Below, piece after piece: positions 1 through 10,055 of a stretch of DNA of 64,000 nucleotides (position 1 is its first letter; every line of letters begins with the position of its first letter). Both the position numbers and the translations under genes were made by a program. Under the pieces are notes generated by a model that saw only the letters and a program-made list of their open reading frames with translations, was not told the origin of the DNA and did not search any database. The stretch is taken from the NCBI GenBank assembly GCA_016193465.1, contig JACPSE010000052.1:6450-70449 (forward strand). Reading direction: 5' to 3'. This stretch comes from Deltaproteobacteria bacterium. GTDB lineage: Bacteria > Desulfobacterota > Binatia > UBA9968.

Positions 1-10
1 CGGAATTCTA

Positions 11-1618
11 ATGGCCGTTTATCGCAGAACCGTCCTCAAGCCCGTAAGGTTGGAGAACACATGGCAGGATGCCGTCATTCCGGCATTGCTGTTGGTGATT
101 TTGTTGACCGGCTTTATGGTCGAGGGTCTCAGGATCGTTGCTACGCAAGACCGTTGGGGGGACTGGTCGCCCGTGGGTTTATTTGCGGGAAAGGCTCTCA
201 CGGCCGTGTTCCCTGCGGGCGTGCTCCGCCCTATCCATGCCTTTCTCTGGTGGTTTCATCTCCTGCTGGTTTTTGGCTTGATTGCCTGGCTGCCCTATTC
301 GAAGCTCCTGCACGTATTCACCTCCGCCGCCAACATATTCTTTCGCTCGCTCGAGCCGAAAGGGGCGATGGTGAAGCCCATCGATATCGAGACGGCGGCG
401 ACCTTCGGGGTCAAGGAGATCAGCCAGTTTACCTGGAAAGGCTTATTGGATCTTGACGCCTGCACCGAATGCGGTCGCTGCCAGGATGTATGTCCCGCCT
501 TTGCCACCGACAAACCCCTTTCTCCGAAGTCCCTCATTTTGGACCTGCGCGATTATTTGCATTCCAATGGCTCTCGGCTGCAGGGTGGGACGATAGCTGG
601 GCCCGGCGATGCGTCTCCGTTGATAGGAGGCGCGATAAAAGAGGAGACCTTGTGGTCTTGCACCACCTGTATGGCCTGCATGGAAGAATGCCCGGTGTTT
701 ATCGAGCAGGTGCCGAAGATCATCGATATGCGCCGCTACCTGGTGATGGAAGAAGGGAGATTTCCGGAGACTATGCAGCAGGCAATCCGCAGTTTGGAAG
801 CGCGCGGCCACCCCTATCCGGGAGTTGCGGCTTCGAGGCTGGACTGGTGTCGGGGGCTGGACGTGAAGATTCTTTCGCAAGTTGGGCAGGCGGAATATCT
901 CTACTGGGTCGGGTGCTCGGTGGCTTTGAATGCTCGGAACCAAAAAATAGCGCGCGCCTTTAGCCGGCTCCTCCAGCAGGCCGGGGTTGATTTCGCCATA
1001 TTGGGGGCGGAGGAGCACTGCACGGGGGATCCTGCCAGGCGCATCGGCAACGAATACCTGTTCCAGACTCTGGCGCGGCAGAATATCGATATGCTACAGT
1101 CGCGCCTCGTGAAAAAAATCGTTACGACTTGCCCCCATTGCTTTAACTCGTTGAAGAACGACTATCCGAAATTCGGCGCGACTTTTGAAGTGTATCATCA
1201 CAGTCAGTTTCTTGCCGAACTCATTCGACAGGGAAGATTGAAGCCCGCCGACGGGTTGGAGGGAAAAGTGACCTTTCATGACCCTTGCTATCTGGGCCGT
1301 TATAACGGTACTTATGATGAGCCGCGGGAAATCATTAGGGCGATCCCGGGGGCTCAGGTGGTGGAGATGGGTCAGAGTCGCGAGAAGAGCTTTTGCTGCG
1401 GGGCGGGCGGTGGCATGATGTGGATGGAAGAAGCGGAGGATAAGCGAGTTAACAACAGGCGCGCGGAGCACGCGGTCGAGAGCGGGGCGGATATCGTAGG
1501 CGTGGCCTGTCCCTTTTGCATGACCATGTTGGACGATGGGATCAAAGCCCGAAAGGGGAACCGAAAAATCGAGGTCTTGGATATCGCCGAGGTGCTGCGA
1601 GGCGCAGGCGATGCTTGA
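11..1618 (+). CDS. Membrane-anchored Fe-S oxidoreductase with two 4Fe-4S ferredoxin motifs and CCG (cysteine-rich) domains (HdrD/GlcF/TcuB/DUF224-like); possibly 5'-truncated by window edge
   Basis: N-terminal hydrophobic helices (IPALLLVILLTGFMVEGL, FLWWFHLLLVFGLIAWL); CTECGRCQDVCP and CTTCMACMEECP 4Fe-4S motifs; CPHCF and CCGAGGG cysteine clusters typical of CCG domains; in-frame open upstream to position 2. Confidence 0.7.
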   Translation: MAVYRRTVLKPVRLENTWQDAVIPALLLVILLTGFMVEGLRIVATQDRWGDWSPVGLFAGKALTAVFPAGVLRPIHAFLWWFHLLLVFGLIAWLPYSKLLHVFTSAANIFFRSLEPKGAMVKPIDIETAATFGVKEISQFTWKGLLDLDACTECGRCQDVCPAFATDKPLSPKSLILDLRDYLHSNGSRLQGGTIAGPGDASPLIGGAIKEETLWSCTTCMACMEECPVFIEQVPKIIDMRRYLVMEEGRFPETMQQAIRSLEARGHPYPGVAASRLDWCRGLDVKILSQVGQAEYLYWVGCSVALNARNQKIARAFSRLLQQAGVDFAILGAEEHCTGDPARRIGNEYLFQTLARQNIDMLQSRLVKKIVTTCPHCFNSLKNDYPKFGATFEVYHHSQFLAELIRQGRLKPADGLEGKVTFHDPCYLGRYNGTYDEPREIIRAIPGAQVVEMGQSREKSFCCGAGGGMMWMEEAEDKRVNNRRAEHAVESGADIVGVACPFCMTMLDDGIKARKGNRKIEVLDIAEVLRGAGDA

Positions 1619-1668
1619 GCATCAGTTACGGAAGAACAAACAGTAGGAAAAAAACAGGAGGTAGATTC

Positions 1669-3162
1669 ATGGATGTACAGGATTACGATGTAATCGTTGC
1701 CGGATTCGGCAACGCGGCGCAGACAGCAGCGTTTGCTGCATACGAAACCGGGGCCAGAGTTCTGGTGCTGGAAAAGGCCCCTCAAGGGAAGAGGGGTGGA
1801 AATACGTGGTTCAGTCACGGCGCGCAGTTTCGCCACGTCCACAACGGAATTGCCGATGTGAAACCCCTTTTGCCGCATGTGCCTGAAAAAGAGTGGGAAA
1901 AGATCGATCTTTCTCCCTACACCAGGGATGAATTCTATTCCGACGTGATGCGGGTTACGCGGGGGAGATCGGTTCCCGAGCTGGCAGAGCTTCTGGTGAA
2001 TGAGTCGTACCCTACGGTGAAATGGATGCGTGAATCGGGAATTCAGTGGGAGATCCTTTACAGCGCCGGGGTGCCGGAAAACGGGCGCTTTCGATGGCAT
2101 CACGGCAGCAGCTTTATCCACTCCAAGGACGGGGGCGCAGGCCTGGTGGAAATGTGGCACCGCATCCTTCAGAACAAAGGGGTAGAGATCCGCTTTGGAA
2201 CGGCGGCTACCCGTCTCCTTACGGATGATAAAGGCCGGGTCTATGGCGTCGTGGCGCAGAATTCCGAGGGTTTCACGGAGATCCGCTGTAAAGGGCTTGT
2301 TCTGGGTTGTGGCGGTTTCTCGGCTAATCCTGCGATGCGCGCTCAGTTTCTTGGAGGCGGTTGGGACCTGGGTAAGGTGCGCGGCACCAGGTACAACACC
2401 GGCGATGGTATCCAGATGGCTTTGGATATAGGCGCCCAACCCTTCGGTCATTGGGCCGGCAGTCACGCGACCCCCATCGATGCCGACGCCGGCGAATATG
2501 AGGCGGGCTTCCTGGACCCGGCTAATCGCCGCCATCGGACTCATCGCTATGGTTGGACTTTGGGTATTATGGTGAACACCGATGGGAGGCGCTTTGTGGA
2601 CGAGGGCGAGGATTTTCACGCCTATACGTACGCCAAGACCGGCGCCGAGATCGTCAAACAGCCCGGGAGCATCGCCTATCAGATTTTCGATGCCAAGGTC
2701 AAAGACTCCATTACCCGCCTGCTCTACGAGGGCGCCACACCCGTGGTGGCCAATTCGGTTCGGGAGCTGGCCGAAAAGCTGGAAATCAACCCGGATGTCC
2801 TTGTGCAGACGGTGGAACAGTTTAACGGCGCCGTGGCCCAAGATCGTCCTTTCAATGAGGTCATTCGTGACGGTAAGTGCACAAAAGGTATCTACCCGCC
2901 CAAGTCTAATTGGGCCCAGAGGATCGATACTCCGCCTCTTGTGGCCTATGCCGCAACGGGTGGTTTGACCTTCACTTACGGGGGGCTGAAAATCAATGCC
3001 CGCTGCCAGGTGTTGAACCGGCTGGATCAGATTATTCCCGGCCTCTATGCTGCCGGAGAAGTTACCGGCGGGTTTTTCTATTACAATTATCCCAGCGGAT
3101 CGGGGCTCATGCGAGGCGCGGTGACCGGGCGCATTGCAGGGGGAAACGCAGCCGGCCGGTGA
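1669..3162 (+). CDS. FAD-dependent oxidoreductase (TcuA / fumarate-reductase-flavoprotein-like)
   Basis: N-terminal DVIVAGFGNAAQTAAFAA...LVLEKA dinucleotide-binding motif; RBS AGGAGG 8 nt upstream of ATG 1669; follows Fe-S/CCG protein as in TcuAB-type pairs. Confidence 0.7.
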   Translation: MDVQDYDVIVAGFGNAAQTAAFAAYETGARVLVLEKAPQGKRGGNTWFSHGAQFRHVHNGIADVKPLLPHVPEKEWEKIDLSPYTRDEFYSDVMRVTRGRSVPELAELLVNESYPTVKWMRESGIQWEILYSAGVPENGRFRWHHGSSFIHSKDGGAGLVEMWHRILQNKGVEIRFGTAATRLLTDDKGRVYGVVAQNSEGFTEIRCKGLVLGCGGFSANPAMRAQFLGGGWDLGKVRGTRYNTGDGIQMALDIGAQPFGHWAGSHATPIDADAGEYEAGFLDPANRRHRTHRYGWTLGIMVNTDGRRFVDEGEDFHAYTYAKTGAEIVKQPGSIAYQIFDAKVKDSITRLLYEGATPVVANSVRELAEKLEINPDVLVQTVEQFNGAVAQDRPFNEVIRDGKCTKGIYPPKSNWAQRIDTPPLVAYAATGGLTFTYGGLKINARCQVLNRLDQIIPGLYAAGEVTGGFFYYNYPSGSGLMRGAVTGRIAGGNAAGR

Positions 3163-3180
3163 CTTGAAGGGAGCAGGAGA

Positions 3181-3948
3181 GTGAAAATTGTCGTTTGTTG
3201 CAAGGGAGTGCCCGGGACGGTCGCCGACGTGAAGATAGCTCCTGGCGGTAAAGCAGTCCAATACCAAGGCCAGTTCCTGACGATGAACGAATGCGATGAG
3301 TATGCGCTCGAGGAGGCTATCGCCCTTAAACGGGCACATGGAGGAGAGGTAACCGTTCTGACGATGGGATCCATAACCACGCAAGACATCCTCTATCTCG
3401 CGCTTGCCAAGGGCGCTGACAAGGCCATTCGGATCGACGCCCAGATCCAGGATTCCCAGGCCGCAGGCACCGTGCTGGCAGCCGCCCTGAGAAAGCTAGA
3501 GTACGACCTTGTCCTGACGGGGACTCAGTCGCGCGATACTTTATCCGGTCTGGCAGGAATTGCGACCGCGGAAAGATTGGAGATGCCGTTTGCCTTTGCC
3601 GTGACTCAGGTTGAGGTTGATGGCGATAAGACGATCAAGATACGGAAAGAGTTGGGCGGCGGGCGCTTTGCTGATGTGAGGCTCCCGTTGCCTGCGCTTC
3701 TCTGTGTCCAGACAGGGATTCAACCCCTCACCTACGTTCCGCCCGCACGGATGCTCCGGGCACGGCAGCAGGCCCTGCGCTCCTTCTCGTTAAGCGATCT
3801 TGGGCTGGCGGAACAGCAGATCGTTCCACAGGGCTACCACTTCCTCAACATCTTTCCGCCGGAACGAACGGGTCAGGCGCAATTTCTCGAGGGAAGCGCC
3901 GGAGAGGTTGCCGCTGCGCTCCTAGGCAAGATTAAGGAGGTTCTCTGA
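3181..3948 (+). CDS. etfB: Electron transfer flavoprotein beta subunit
   Basis: GTG start; MKIVVCCKGVPG N-terminus and overall EtfB-like sequence; immediately upstream of etfA. Confidence 0.85.
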   Translation: MKIVVCCKGVPGTVADVKIAPGGKAVQYQGQFLTMNECDEYALEEAIALKRAHGGEVTVLTMGSITTQDILYLALAKGADKAIRIDAQIQDSQAAGTVLAAALRKLEYDLVLTGTQSRDTLSGLAGIATAERLEMPFAFAVTQVEVDGDKTIKIRKELGGGRFADVRLPLPALLCVQTGIQPLTYVPPARMLRARQQALRSFSLSDLGLAEQQIVPQGYHFLNIFPPERTGQAQFLEGSAGEVAAALLGKIKEVL

Positions 3949-3952
3949 AGCG

Positions 3953-4948
3953 ATGCAGAGCAGCATTCTCGTTATAACCGAACATTGGAACGGACAGGTG
4001 GATGGTATCACCTACCAGATGCTTGCCAAAGGGCGTCAGCTTGCTGACTCGCTGGGGATAGGACTCGCCGCTCTTGTCTTGGGCTACCGACTGGACGGCG
4101 TCATCGCGGCTTTGCAGGAAAAGGGCATGGATGTGCTCCTGGTTGTTGATCATGCCCAGCTAGCTCAGGCCGGGGCCGAAGTGCAGGCCTCTGTCATTGC
4201 CGAAGCCGTGCGACAGATGCAGCCAAGGCTTGTTCTGATCGGCTACAGCCTGGTTGGAATGGAGTTAGCTCCCGCAATAGCTGCGAAGCTGGGCGCCCCT
4301 GTCATGACAAACTGTGTTAATGCGGAAATTATCGACGGCGCGGCTGTTGTGACGCGACCCCTCTTTGACGGAACCCTGCACGCGAAGATTGCTTTGGAAG
4401 ACAAAGGGCCGCCGTTAGTGGCGGTACAAAGGGGGGCTACTCCCTCTGTGCAGCTCCCGCCGAGAACGGCTTCTGTGCAGCCGGTAAGCGTCGATATGGG
4501 GTCAATTCCCGTTCGGAGTGAGGTGTTGGAGGTCATCGAGGAGCCGGTGAGTGACGTCGATATCGCGAAGGCCGACATTATTGTCTCGGTGGGGCGGGGG
4601 ATCGGAGACAAGGAGAAGATTCCTATGATTGAGGAGTTGGCGCAAGCCCTGGGGGGATTGATGGCCTGTTCCCGTCCGCTGGTCGATTTAGGATGGCTGC
4701 CGCGAGAGCGTCAGGTGGGGGCCTCTGGAAAGAGCGTATCTCCAAAGTTGTACGTGGCCTGCGGCATCTCGGGGGCGAGCCAACACCTGTCGGGCATGAG
4801 TGACTCCAGGATGATTGTAGCCATCAACAAAGATCCCAATGCCCCTATTTTTCAGGTCGCGCACTATGGGGTGGTCGCTGACCTCTTTGAGATCGTGCCC
4901 GCGCTTACTGAGGAAGCAAAGAAGGCGAAAGGAGAGGTGGCTTCATGA
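3953..4948 (+). CDS. etfA: Electron transfer flavoprotein alpha subunit
   Basis: EtfA-like sequence incl. C-terminal FAD-binding region (SGASQHLSGM...IVAINKDPNAPIF); 4-nt gap after etfB. Confidence 0.85.
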   Translation: MQSSILVITEHWNGQVDGITYQMLAKGRQLADSLGIGLAALVLGYRLDGVIAALQEKGMDVLLVVDHAQLAQAGAEVQASVIAEAVRQMQPRLVLIGYSLVGMELAPAIAAKLGAPVMTNCVNAEIIDGAAVVTRPLFDGTLHAKIALEDKGPPLVAVQRGATPSVQLPPRTASVQPVSVDMGSIPVRSEVLEVIEEPVSDVDIAKADIIVSVGRGIGDKEKIPMIEELAQALGGLMACSRPLVDLGWLPRERQVGASGKSVSPKLYVACGISGASQHLSGMSDSRMIVAINKDPNAPIFQVAHYGVVADLFEIVPALTEEAKKAKGEVAS

Positions 4949-6006
4949 AGAACCGGATCAAGTTCCAACTTGGAGGCGGGGGCCTGCGACTGAGAAGATG
5001 GAAAAGAGTTTCGTTTTACCTTCCGGGCGTTTTCTTGTTCGTCGTCTTGAAGTCTCATGCCGGCGCGGCCGGCGTTACAGTGAGCAACTTTGCCACGAGC
5101 ATTACCAGCGAGAGCATCACTGCGGTATGGGTGGCCAAAGACCGGGGCTTCCTCAAAAAGCACGGTCTGGATGTTCGGTTTATCCAGATGCCGAAATCGC
5201 CCGTGGCGGTAGCGGCACTTATTGCCGGAGAGATCGATGTGGCGGTTATCGGGCCGGGCCACCTACTCAATGCCGCGTCAGGCGGAGCCGATGTCGTAGG
5301 GATTGCCAACTTTGTCCAGAAGCTGGACTACAGGTTCGTAAGCAGGCCTGAGGTAAAGACCCCTGAGGAGCTTCGTGGCAAGCGGGTCGCCATTAGCGGA
5401 CCCGGCGCCGTCTCCCATATTGTAGCGCTTTTAGCCCTCCAGAGGCTCGGTCTTGACGCGAATCAGGCAAAAATAGCCTTCATTACCATCCCCGGAACCG
5501 AGATGAACCGGCGCATCGCCCTTGAGACAAAAAACGTGGATGCTTCGCCATTGAACGGAGCTATTGGAGATTTGTATGCCAAGCGCGGCTATACGGTGCT
5601 GTTCAACTTCAAGGATTCCGGTGTCATGATGCCGCAAACTATGCTGGTGACTACTCGGCAGACAATTGCCGCGAAGCCGGAGCTTATAGAGTCGTACCTC
5701 AAGGGGTTTGTCGAGGCAGTTGCATATGTGCTGGAGCCCTCCAACAAAAACTCCGTGACGAGAATCATCTCGTCTAACCTCCGCCTGGATAGCTCTGCGG
5801 CAGCAGAAGAGGCATACCATGCGGTCGTGGATTCCTATGAGCGGGTTCCTTATCCGAACGCCGAAGGGATGAAGATGCTGCACGGCATCCTGGGATCCCT
5901 GAACCCCAAACTGACGCAGGTGCGGCCGGAAAGCACAGTGGATACCGGGCCCATCAGCCGGATCGAGAGCTCCGGATTCGTTCGGACTATTTACAAAAAG
6001 CCCTAG
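4945..6006 (+). CDS. ABC transporter substrate-binding protein (NMT1/sulfonate/nitrate-type)
   Basis: Signal-peptide-like N-terminus; overall similarity to SsuA/NMT1-type periplasmic binding proteins; start overlaps etfA stop (ATGA). Confidence 0.55.
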   Translation: MKNRIKFQLGGGGLRLRRWKRVSFYLPGVFLFVVLKSHAGAAGVTVSNFATSITSESITAVWVAKDRGFLKKHGLDVRFIQMPKSPVAVAALIAGEIDVAVIGPGHLLNAASGGADVVGIANFVQKLDYRFVSRPEVKTPEELRGKRVAISGPGAVSHIVALLALQRLGLDANQAKIAFITIPGTEMNRRIALETKNVDASPLNGAIGDLYAKRGYTVLFNFKDSGVMMPQTMLVTTRQTIAAKPELIESYLKGFVEAVAYVLEPSNKNSVTRIISSNLRLDSSAAAEEAYHAVVDSYERVPYPNAEGMKMLHGILGSLNPKLTQVRPESTVDTGPISRIESSGFVRTIYKKP

Positions 6007-6030
6007 CAGATGGGCCTGGGGAGCGGCCGA

Positions 6031-7392
6031 TCACACTTTCACAAAAGCCACCCCATCCCTGATGCTAATTTCGGTGGCGTAAAGGCGGGAAAGACGTTGG
6101 ACCCTTTCGAGGACGCGCTTGCCGATGTCGCCGTCAGCCAGGAGAGGCCTTCCTCTCTGACCGCGCGGTCTTCTATGCCCCTGATCGATTGGGTAGAGTC
6201 TCACCTCCGAAAGCTTTTTCTCTCTAAAATGGCACAGCGCCACAATATTCTCCCAAAAAAGAGGATCGCCGGGATGTCCTTTGGTGTCCCCGTCGGTCCG
6301 GGCATCCAGGAAATCCGCCGGAGTGGCTTTGGTATCAAGATCAAAGCGCTCGTAGGCGTCAGCGGGGAAAAACCCAACCGTTTCGTTCTGGAAAATAAAG
6401 TTCCCCAAACTGTAAAAGATCGGTCTACCTTTATAGATCTCAATCCCGAGCGGGACATGGGAGCCGTGACCGACAAATAGATCGGCTCCCGCATCAATGG
6501 CCTCATGGGCAAAAACGGGAGCGAATTCTGCAATTTCTTCCAGCTCCGTGCGCCTGCGGGCTTTCAGAAGGCTTTTTCCGCCGAACTCATGGCAGTGAAG
6601 GCTGACCACCACCCAATCGGCCTGACGCCGCGCCTCGCGGATCCACCTGAGGTTCTCCTCGACATCGCGCCGGTTTGATTTAGTGGAGATTGCAAAGGTC
6701 TCACCGGGGACAAATCGGTTACCGAGAAAGTCTAGCTCGGCCTCCTTTTCGTCCGGGACCTCCTTGGCGCTGTAGAAATGGCGTCTATTCCTTTCCTTGC
6801 TCAGGTTAAATCCGAGTTCGCTGCTGGCGCGCCGCAATTCCTCGAAAGTCCTTGAGTCCACAGTGTGGGTGGTCCGAAAGCCCAAGGGATTGATGCCGGG
6901 GCGTCCTCTGAGGTCGGGTCGCTGCTCTCCGGCTTTGTTCCACGGTCTGAAGGCAGCAGTCGCCGCGATCAAGGCCACACGACCGTGCGGGGTATCAAGA
7001 TAGGCCGGCACCCTTGCCTCGGCCAGATTCTTCCCCGACCCGGCATGGGCTAGGCCTGCCTCATCCAGATGTTTGATGGTCGCCAGAATGCCACCCTCGC
7101 CGTAATCAAAGGCATGGTTATTTGCGCAGGAGACGATTTTGATTCCCGTCCACTTTAAGTCTTCGAGTAGCGATGGATCGGTCGTCATGAATGTCCCCTG
7201 GGTTATACCCGGGGAGCCTTCGTCCCACGTATGAACGGTAGTCTCCAGGTTGGTAAAAGCCGCGTCTGCTTCGCGAAGAATACTCAGCAACGCTTGATAT
7301 CGTTCCTCACGGAAGACGGTAAGGCGCCGGCTCAACATGCTATCTCCGGTTAAAGCTATGGCGAAATCACCGGTTTCTGCGTCGTAAAGCAT
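6031..7392 (-). CDS. CapA family protein (PGA_cap metallophosphatase-like)
   Basis: N-terminal DFAIALTGDSMLSRR and conserved HCHEFG / GHGSHV motifs typical of CapA/PgsA-like proteins. Confidence 0.6.
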   Translation of the reverse strand: MLYDAETGDFAIALTGDSMLSRRLTVFREERYQALLSILREADAAFTNLETTVHTWDEGSPGITQGTFMTTDPSLLEDLKWTGIKIVSCANNHAFDYGEGGILATIKHLDEAGLAHAGSGKNLAEARVPAYLDTPHGRVALIAATAAFRPWNKAGEQRPDLRGRPGINPLGFRTTHTVDSRTFEELRRASSELGFNLSKERNRRHFYSAKEVPDEKEAELDFLGNRFVPGETFAISTKSNRRDVEENLRWIREARRQADWVVVSLHCHEFGGKSLLKARRRTELEEIAEFAPVFAHEAIDAGADLFVGHGSHVPLGIEIYKGRPIFYSLGNFIFQNETVGFFPADAYERFDLDTKATPADFLDARTDGDTKGHPGDPLFWENIVALCHFREKKLSEVRLYPIDQGHRRPRGQRGRPLLADGDIGKRVLERVQRLSRLYATEISIRDGVAFVKV

Positions 7393-7409
7393 TCAACTCC
7401 TCCGTTGGC

Positions 7410-8429
7410 CTATTTGAGTCCCATGACTTTTCGATAGAGTTGGAAGTACTCGTTGTATCGCTTGGCCGTCTCCAGAGGAAGAGGAATAACCTTTAACTCC
7501 GGAGGGACTCTCTTCATGATCGGCGATCGGACATCCTTTCGTGGCACATAGTAGTTTGCCTCTGCGATAACCTGTTGTCCTTCGCGTGAAAGCACGAAGT
7601 CGATCAACAGTTTTCCGGCATTAGGATGAGGGGATCCTTTGACCAGGGCAAAGCCAAAGGTCAGGCCGATTATAGGCTCGGCGGCCACCCAGTCCATAGG
7701 CGCCCCGTCGTTCTTAAGTCTCTCGACGCCGTTAGCGAATGCCACGCCGACAACCTCCCTTTCCCCTGCCGCGGCTAAAGTCTGGATCTGGGTGTGGCCG
7801 ACACGGAATTGAATCTCCTGGGTCGCGAGTTTGCGCATCAGTTCCATCACCTTGGCCTCCCCGTAGTAGCTGATCATCCCAGCCATCCATTTACTTTCAT
7901 TCTCATCCATGATGATTTTCCCCTTCCACTTGGGGTTCGAAAGGTCCCAGAAGCTCTTAGGAATCTCAGCATGGGGCACCAGGCGGGTATTGTAGCCAAT
8001 AACGTTAAGTGTCGCGGAGTTTATCGTCCAGTATCCCTTGTCGTCCTTGTATTCCGCTGGCAATGCCGATCTCTCTGGAGAGTTGTAGCTCTCGAATAGT
8101 CCCTTTTGCAGCACGCCATAAAAATCAAAGCCGGATTGATGAACGACGTCGGCGCTCACCTTTCCCGCTTGCGCCTCTGAAACTAAGCGCGTCGTCATTC
8201 TTTCAGAGCCAATTCGGGTCACGTTCGCCTTGATAAACGGATACTTTTTCTCGAATAGAGAGACCAGCCTTTGGGAGTTCTGAATCTCCATCGAGGCGTA
8301 AAAAACGACCCGCCCCTCTTTTTTGGCCTCGTCTAAAATCGCATCGCCGCTGCCGTTTCCGGGAAAGAGTACAACAGTCCCGCACAGCGCGGCCTGAATG
8401 ACCAACACAGCGGTGCCTCTTTTCATCAT
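7410..8429 (-). CDS. Extracellular solute-binding protein family 1 (Fe3+/polyamine-type ABC substrate-binding protein)
   Basis: Signal peptide (MMKRGTAVLVIQAALCG); family-1 SBP-like sequence; paralogous to 59671..60801. Confidence 0.6.
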   Translation of the reverse strand: MMKRGTAVLVIQAALCGTVVLFPGNGSGDAILDEAKKEGRVVFYASMEIQNSQRLVSLFEKKYPFIKANVTRIGSERMTTRLVSEAQAGKVSADVVHQSGFDFYGVLQKGLFESYNSPERSALPAEYKDDKGYWTINSATLNVIGYNTRLVPHAEIPKSFWDLSNPKWKGKIIMDENESKWMAGMISYYGEAKVMELMRKLATQEIQFRVGHTQIQTLAAAGEREVVGVAFANGVERLKNDGAPMDWVAAEPIIGLTFGFALVKGSPHPNAGKLLIDFVLSREGQQVIAEANYYVPRKDVRSPIMKRVPPELKVIPLPLETAKRYNEYFQLYRKVMGLK

Positions 8430-8538
8430 GGCTCATTACCTCCGCTTAAGACATTGAACGATCTCTCTTTCGGTCGACGGGCTATGGCGCGTAAAAGCTC
8501 GCGCGCCGAAATCGTGAGTCCTGTTTCTTTTCCCATTG

Positions 8539-9918
8539 TCATTTTGCCTTGCTGTATTGTCCTAGAAGTCTTGGAATCGCCCCGGCCACTTTCTCTCTGA
8601 CCTCAGCAGGGACGCTGATCCTTTTGAACCTCTCTCTTAACGCTAGCGGCGCGGTGGCGTCCAGGCCGACCTTGGTCATGAAACGGCCTTCTTTTTTAGA
8701 CGGGTCAATGCCCCGGGCTTTTAAGTTAGGGATAATCACCAAGTCCTCGTCTCCCTGAAAACGGGTAGCCATTGCCCACTCGACGTCCTCCGGGTCACGG
8801 ACGTTGACATCATCGTCCACGACCACGGCGTGCTTGATGTAGGAAATGCCGGAGAGCAGAAAGTGGAGGAGCTGCCGGGGCTCGGCGTCGTGGTTTTTGC
8901 GCAGCGAGAGAGCCACATGAGCGCGGTTGCTGGATGGGCTAATGGCCAGGTCGGTCACTGTGAAACCTCTTTCTCTCAGCATTCGGATCATCTCGGCCTC
9001 GCCCGCCGGACCTCCCAGGAGCGTCACCTCATGAACTGTTGGGTGAAGGGCCTGGATGATGGGATCCCTCTGGTGGGTAATCGCGGTCACCTCGATGACG
9101 TAGCTGTTATCGGAAAAGTAGTAGCCTGAGGTTTCGCCAAAAGGCCCTTCCATCTCACGGACCTGCGGCAGGATTTTCCCCTCGATGACCGCCTCGGCAT
9201 ATGCCGGCGCCTCGGCATCAACGGTTTCACATCTTACCAGATCGATCGGGCTTCCCAAGAGACTACTTGCAATGGCAACCTTGTCTTCGCTGGGGGAGCT
9301 CACGATCGACGCAAGCAGGATGACCGGGTGCGCTCCCAGGCTTACCGCTATGTCTAGAGGCTTGCCGTTTTTTTCCGCCTCTGAGGCAAAGCGGGAGATC
9401 GGCGGGTTAGTGAGGTGTACGCCCATCTTGTTCCGTCCCTTGATCTGAAGGCGGTGCAGACCCATGCTCCTTAAGCCGGTCACCGGGTCTTTAGCGGTAA
9501 GGACGCCGCAAGTGATGTAGGGACCGCCGTCTCTTTCATGGTAAGTGGGTATAGCCAGGGTGTTGAGGTCGACCCTTTTTTTATCCTTGATAACGACCTG
9601 TTTTACCGGCCCGCTTCTGACTCTCCTGGGTTCTATCCTGCGTGCCCTTCTCTTCTGGTAGGTCTCCAAAAGTTTTTCCTCGCTTTGAAGACCGAAAGCG
9701 AGGGCGAGCCTCTTTCCGGTGCCGACCAGGTTGCCGGCGATGCGCACCGGTTGGCCTTTTACTTTCTCAAAGAGCAAGGCTGGTCCCCTCTCTTTATCGA
9801 ATTGTCGCAAATACTCGGAGACCTCAAATTTCGGGTCGACCTCTTCACCAACAGAGAGTAGCTCCCCGTTCTTTTTAAGAAGATCTAGAAAATGCCTCAG
9901 GCCTTTGGGTGGGGTCAT
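8539..9918 (-). CDS. UbiD-family (prenylated-FMN dependent) decarboxylase
   Basis: Length ~460 aa and UbiD-like N-terminus (LRHFLDLLKKNGELLSVGEEVDP); no adjacent UbiX seen. Confidence 0.75.
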   Translation of the reverse strand: MTPPKGLRHFLDLLKKNGELLSVGEEVDPKFEVSEYLRQFDKERGPALLFEKVKGQPVRIAGNLVGTGKRLALAFGLQSEEKLLETYQKRRARRIEPRRVRSGPVKQVVIKDKKRVDLNTLAIPTYHERDGGPYITCGVLTAKDPVTGLRSMGLHRLQIKGRNKMGVHLTNPPISRFASEAEKNGKPLDIAVSLGAHPVILLASIVSSPSEDKVAIASSLLGSPIDLVRCETVDAEAPAYAEAVIEGKILPQVREMEGPFGETSGYYFSDNSYVIEVTAITHQRDPIIQALHPTVHEVTLLGGPAGEAEMIRMLRERGFTVTDLAISPSSNRAHVALSLRKNHDAEPRQLLHFLLSGISYIKHAVVVDDDVNVRDPEDVEWAMATRFQGDEDLVIIPNLKARGIDPSKKEGRFMTKVGLDATAPLALRERFKRISVPAEVREKVAGAIPRLLGQYSKAK

Positions 9919-10055
9919 TATTCTTCTGCTTTCTGTTTCTGAACTACCATAGTGCCACCCTTAATTCAAAGTAAAAATTTCCTAGCGACCGAGGCAAAAC
10001 CCTGATAATAATAAAACGATAGCGCACTAAACGCACCGGCTGAGGAAACAACTAA

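Noticed and set aside
1-10. GAATTC (EcoRI site) at positions 3-8 as a cloning-vector junction
   Set aside because: A single 6-mer at the window edge is expected by chance. The reading frame of ORF1 continues through it.
443-3384. Long antisense ORFs in the six-frame track (e.g. 443..1018 -, 1372..3384 -, and similarly 32231..33178 +, 63118..63780 -, 43531..44322 -)
   Set aside because: They lie opposite strongly supported genes with clear motifs (Fe-S/FAD proteins, aminotransferase, ilvD, nnr). Their products are low-complexity and Arg/Pro-rich, as is typical of high-GC antisense frames.
8470-8515. GC-rich stem GGCGCG-N9-CGCGCC between ubiD-like and SBP genes as intrinsic terminator
   Set aside because: Both flanking genes are on the minus strand and no A-tract (T-tract in the transcript) follows the stem in that orientation.
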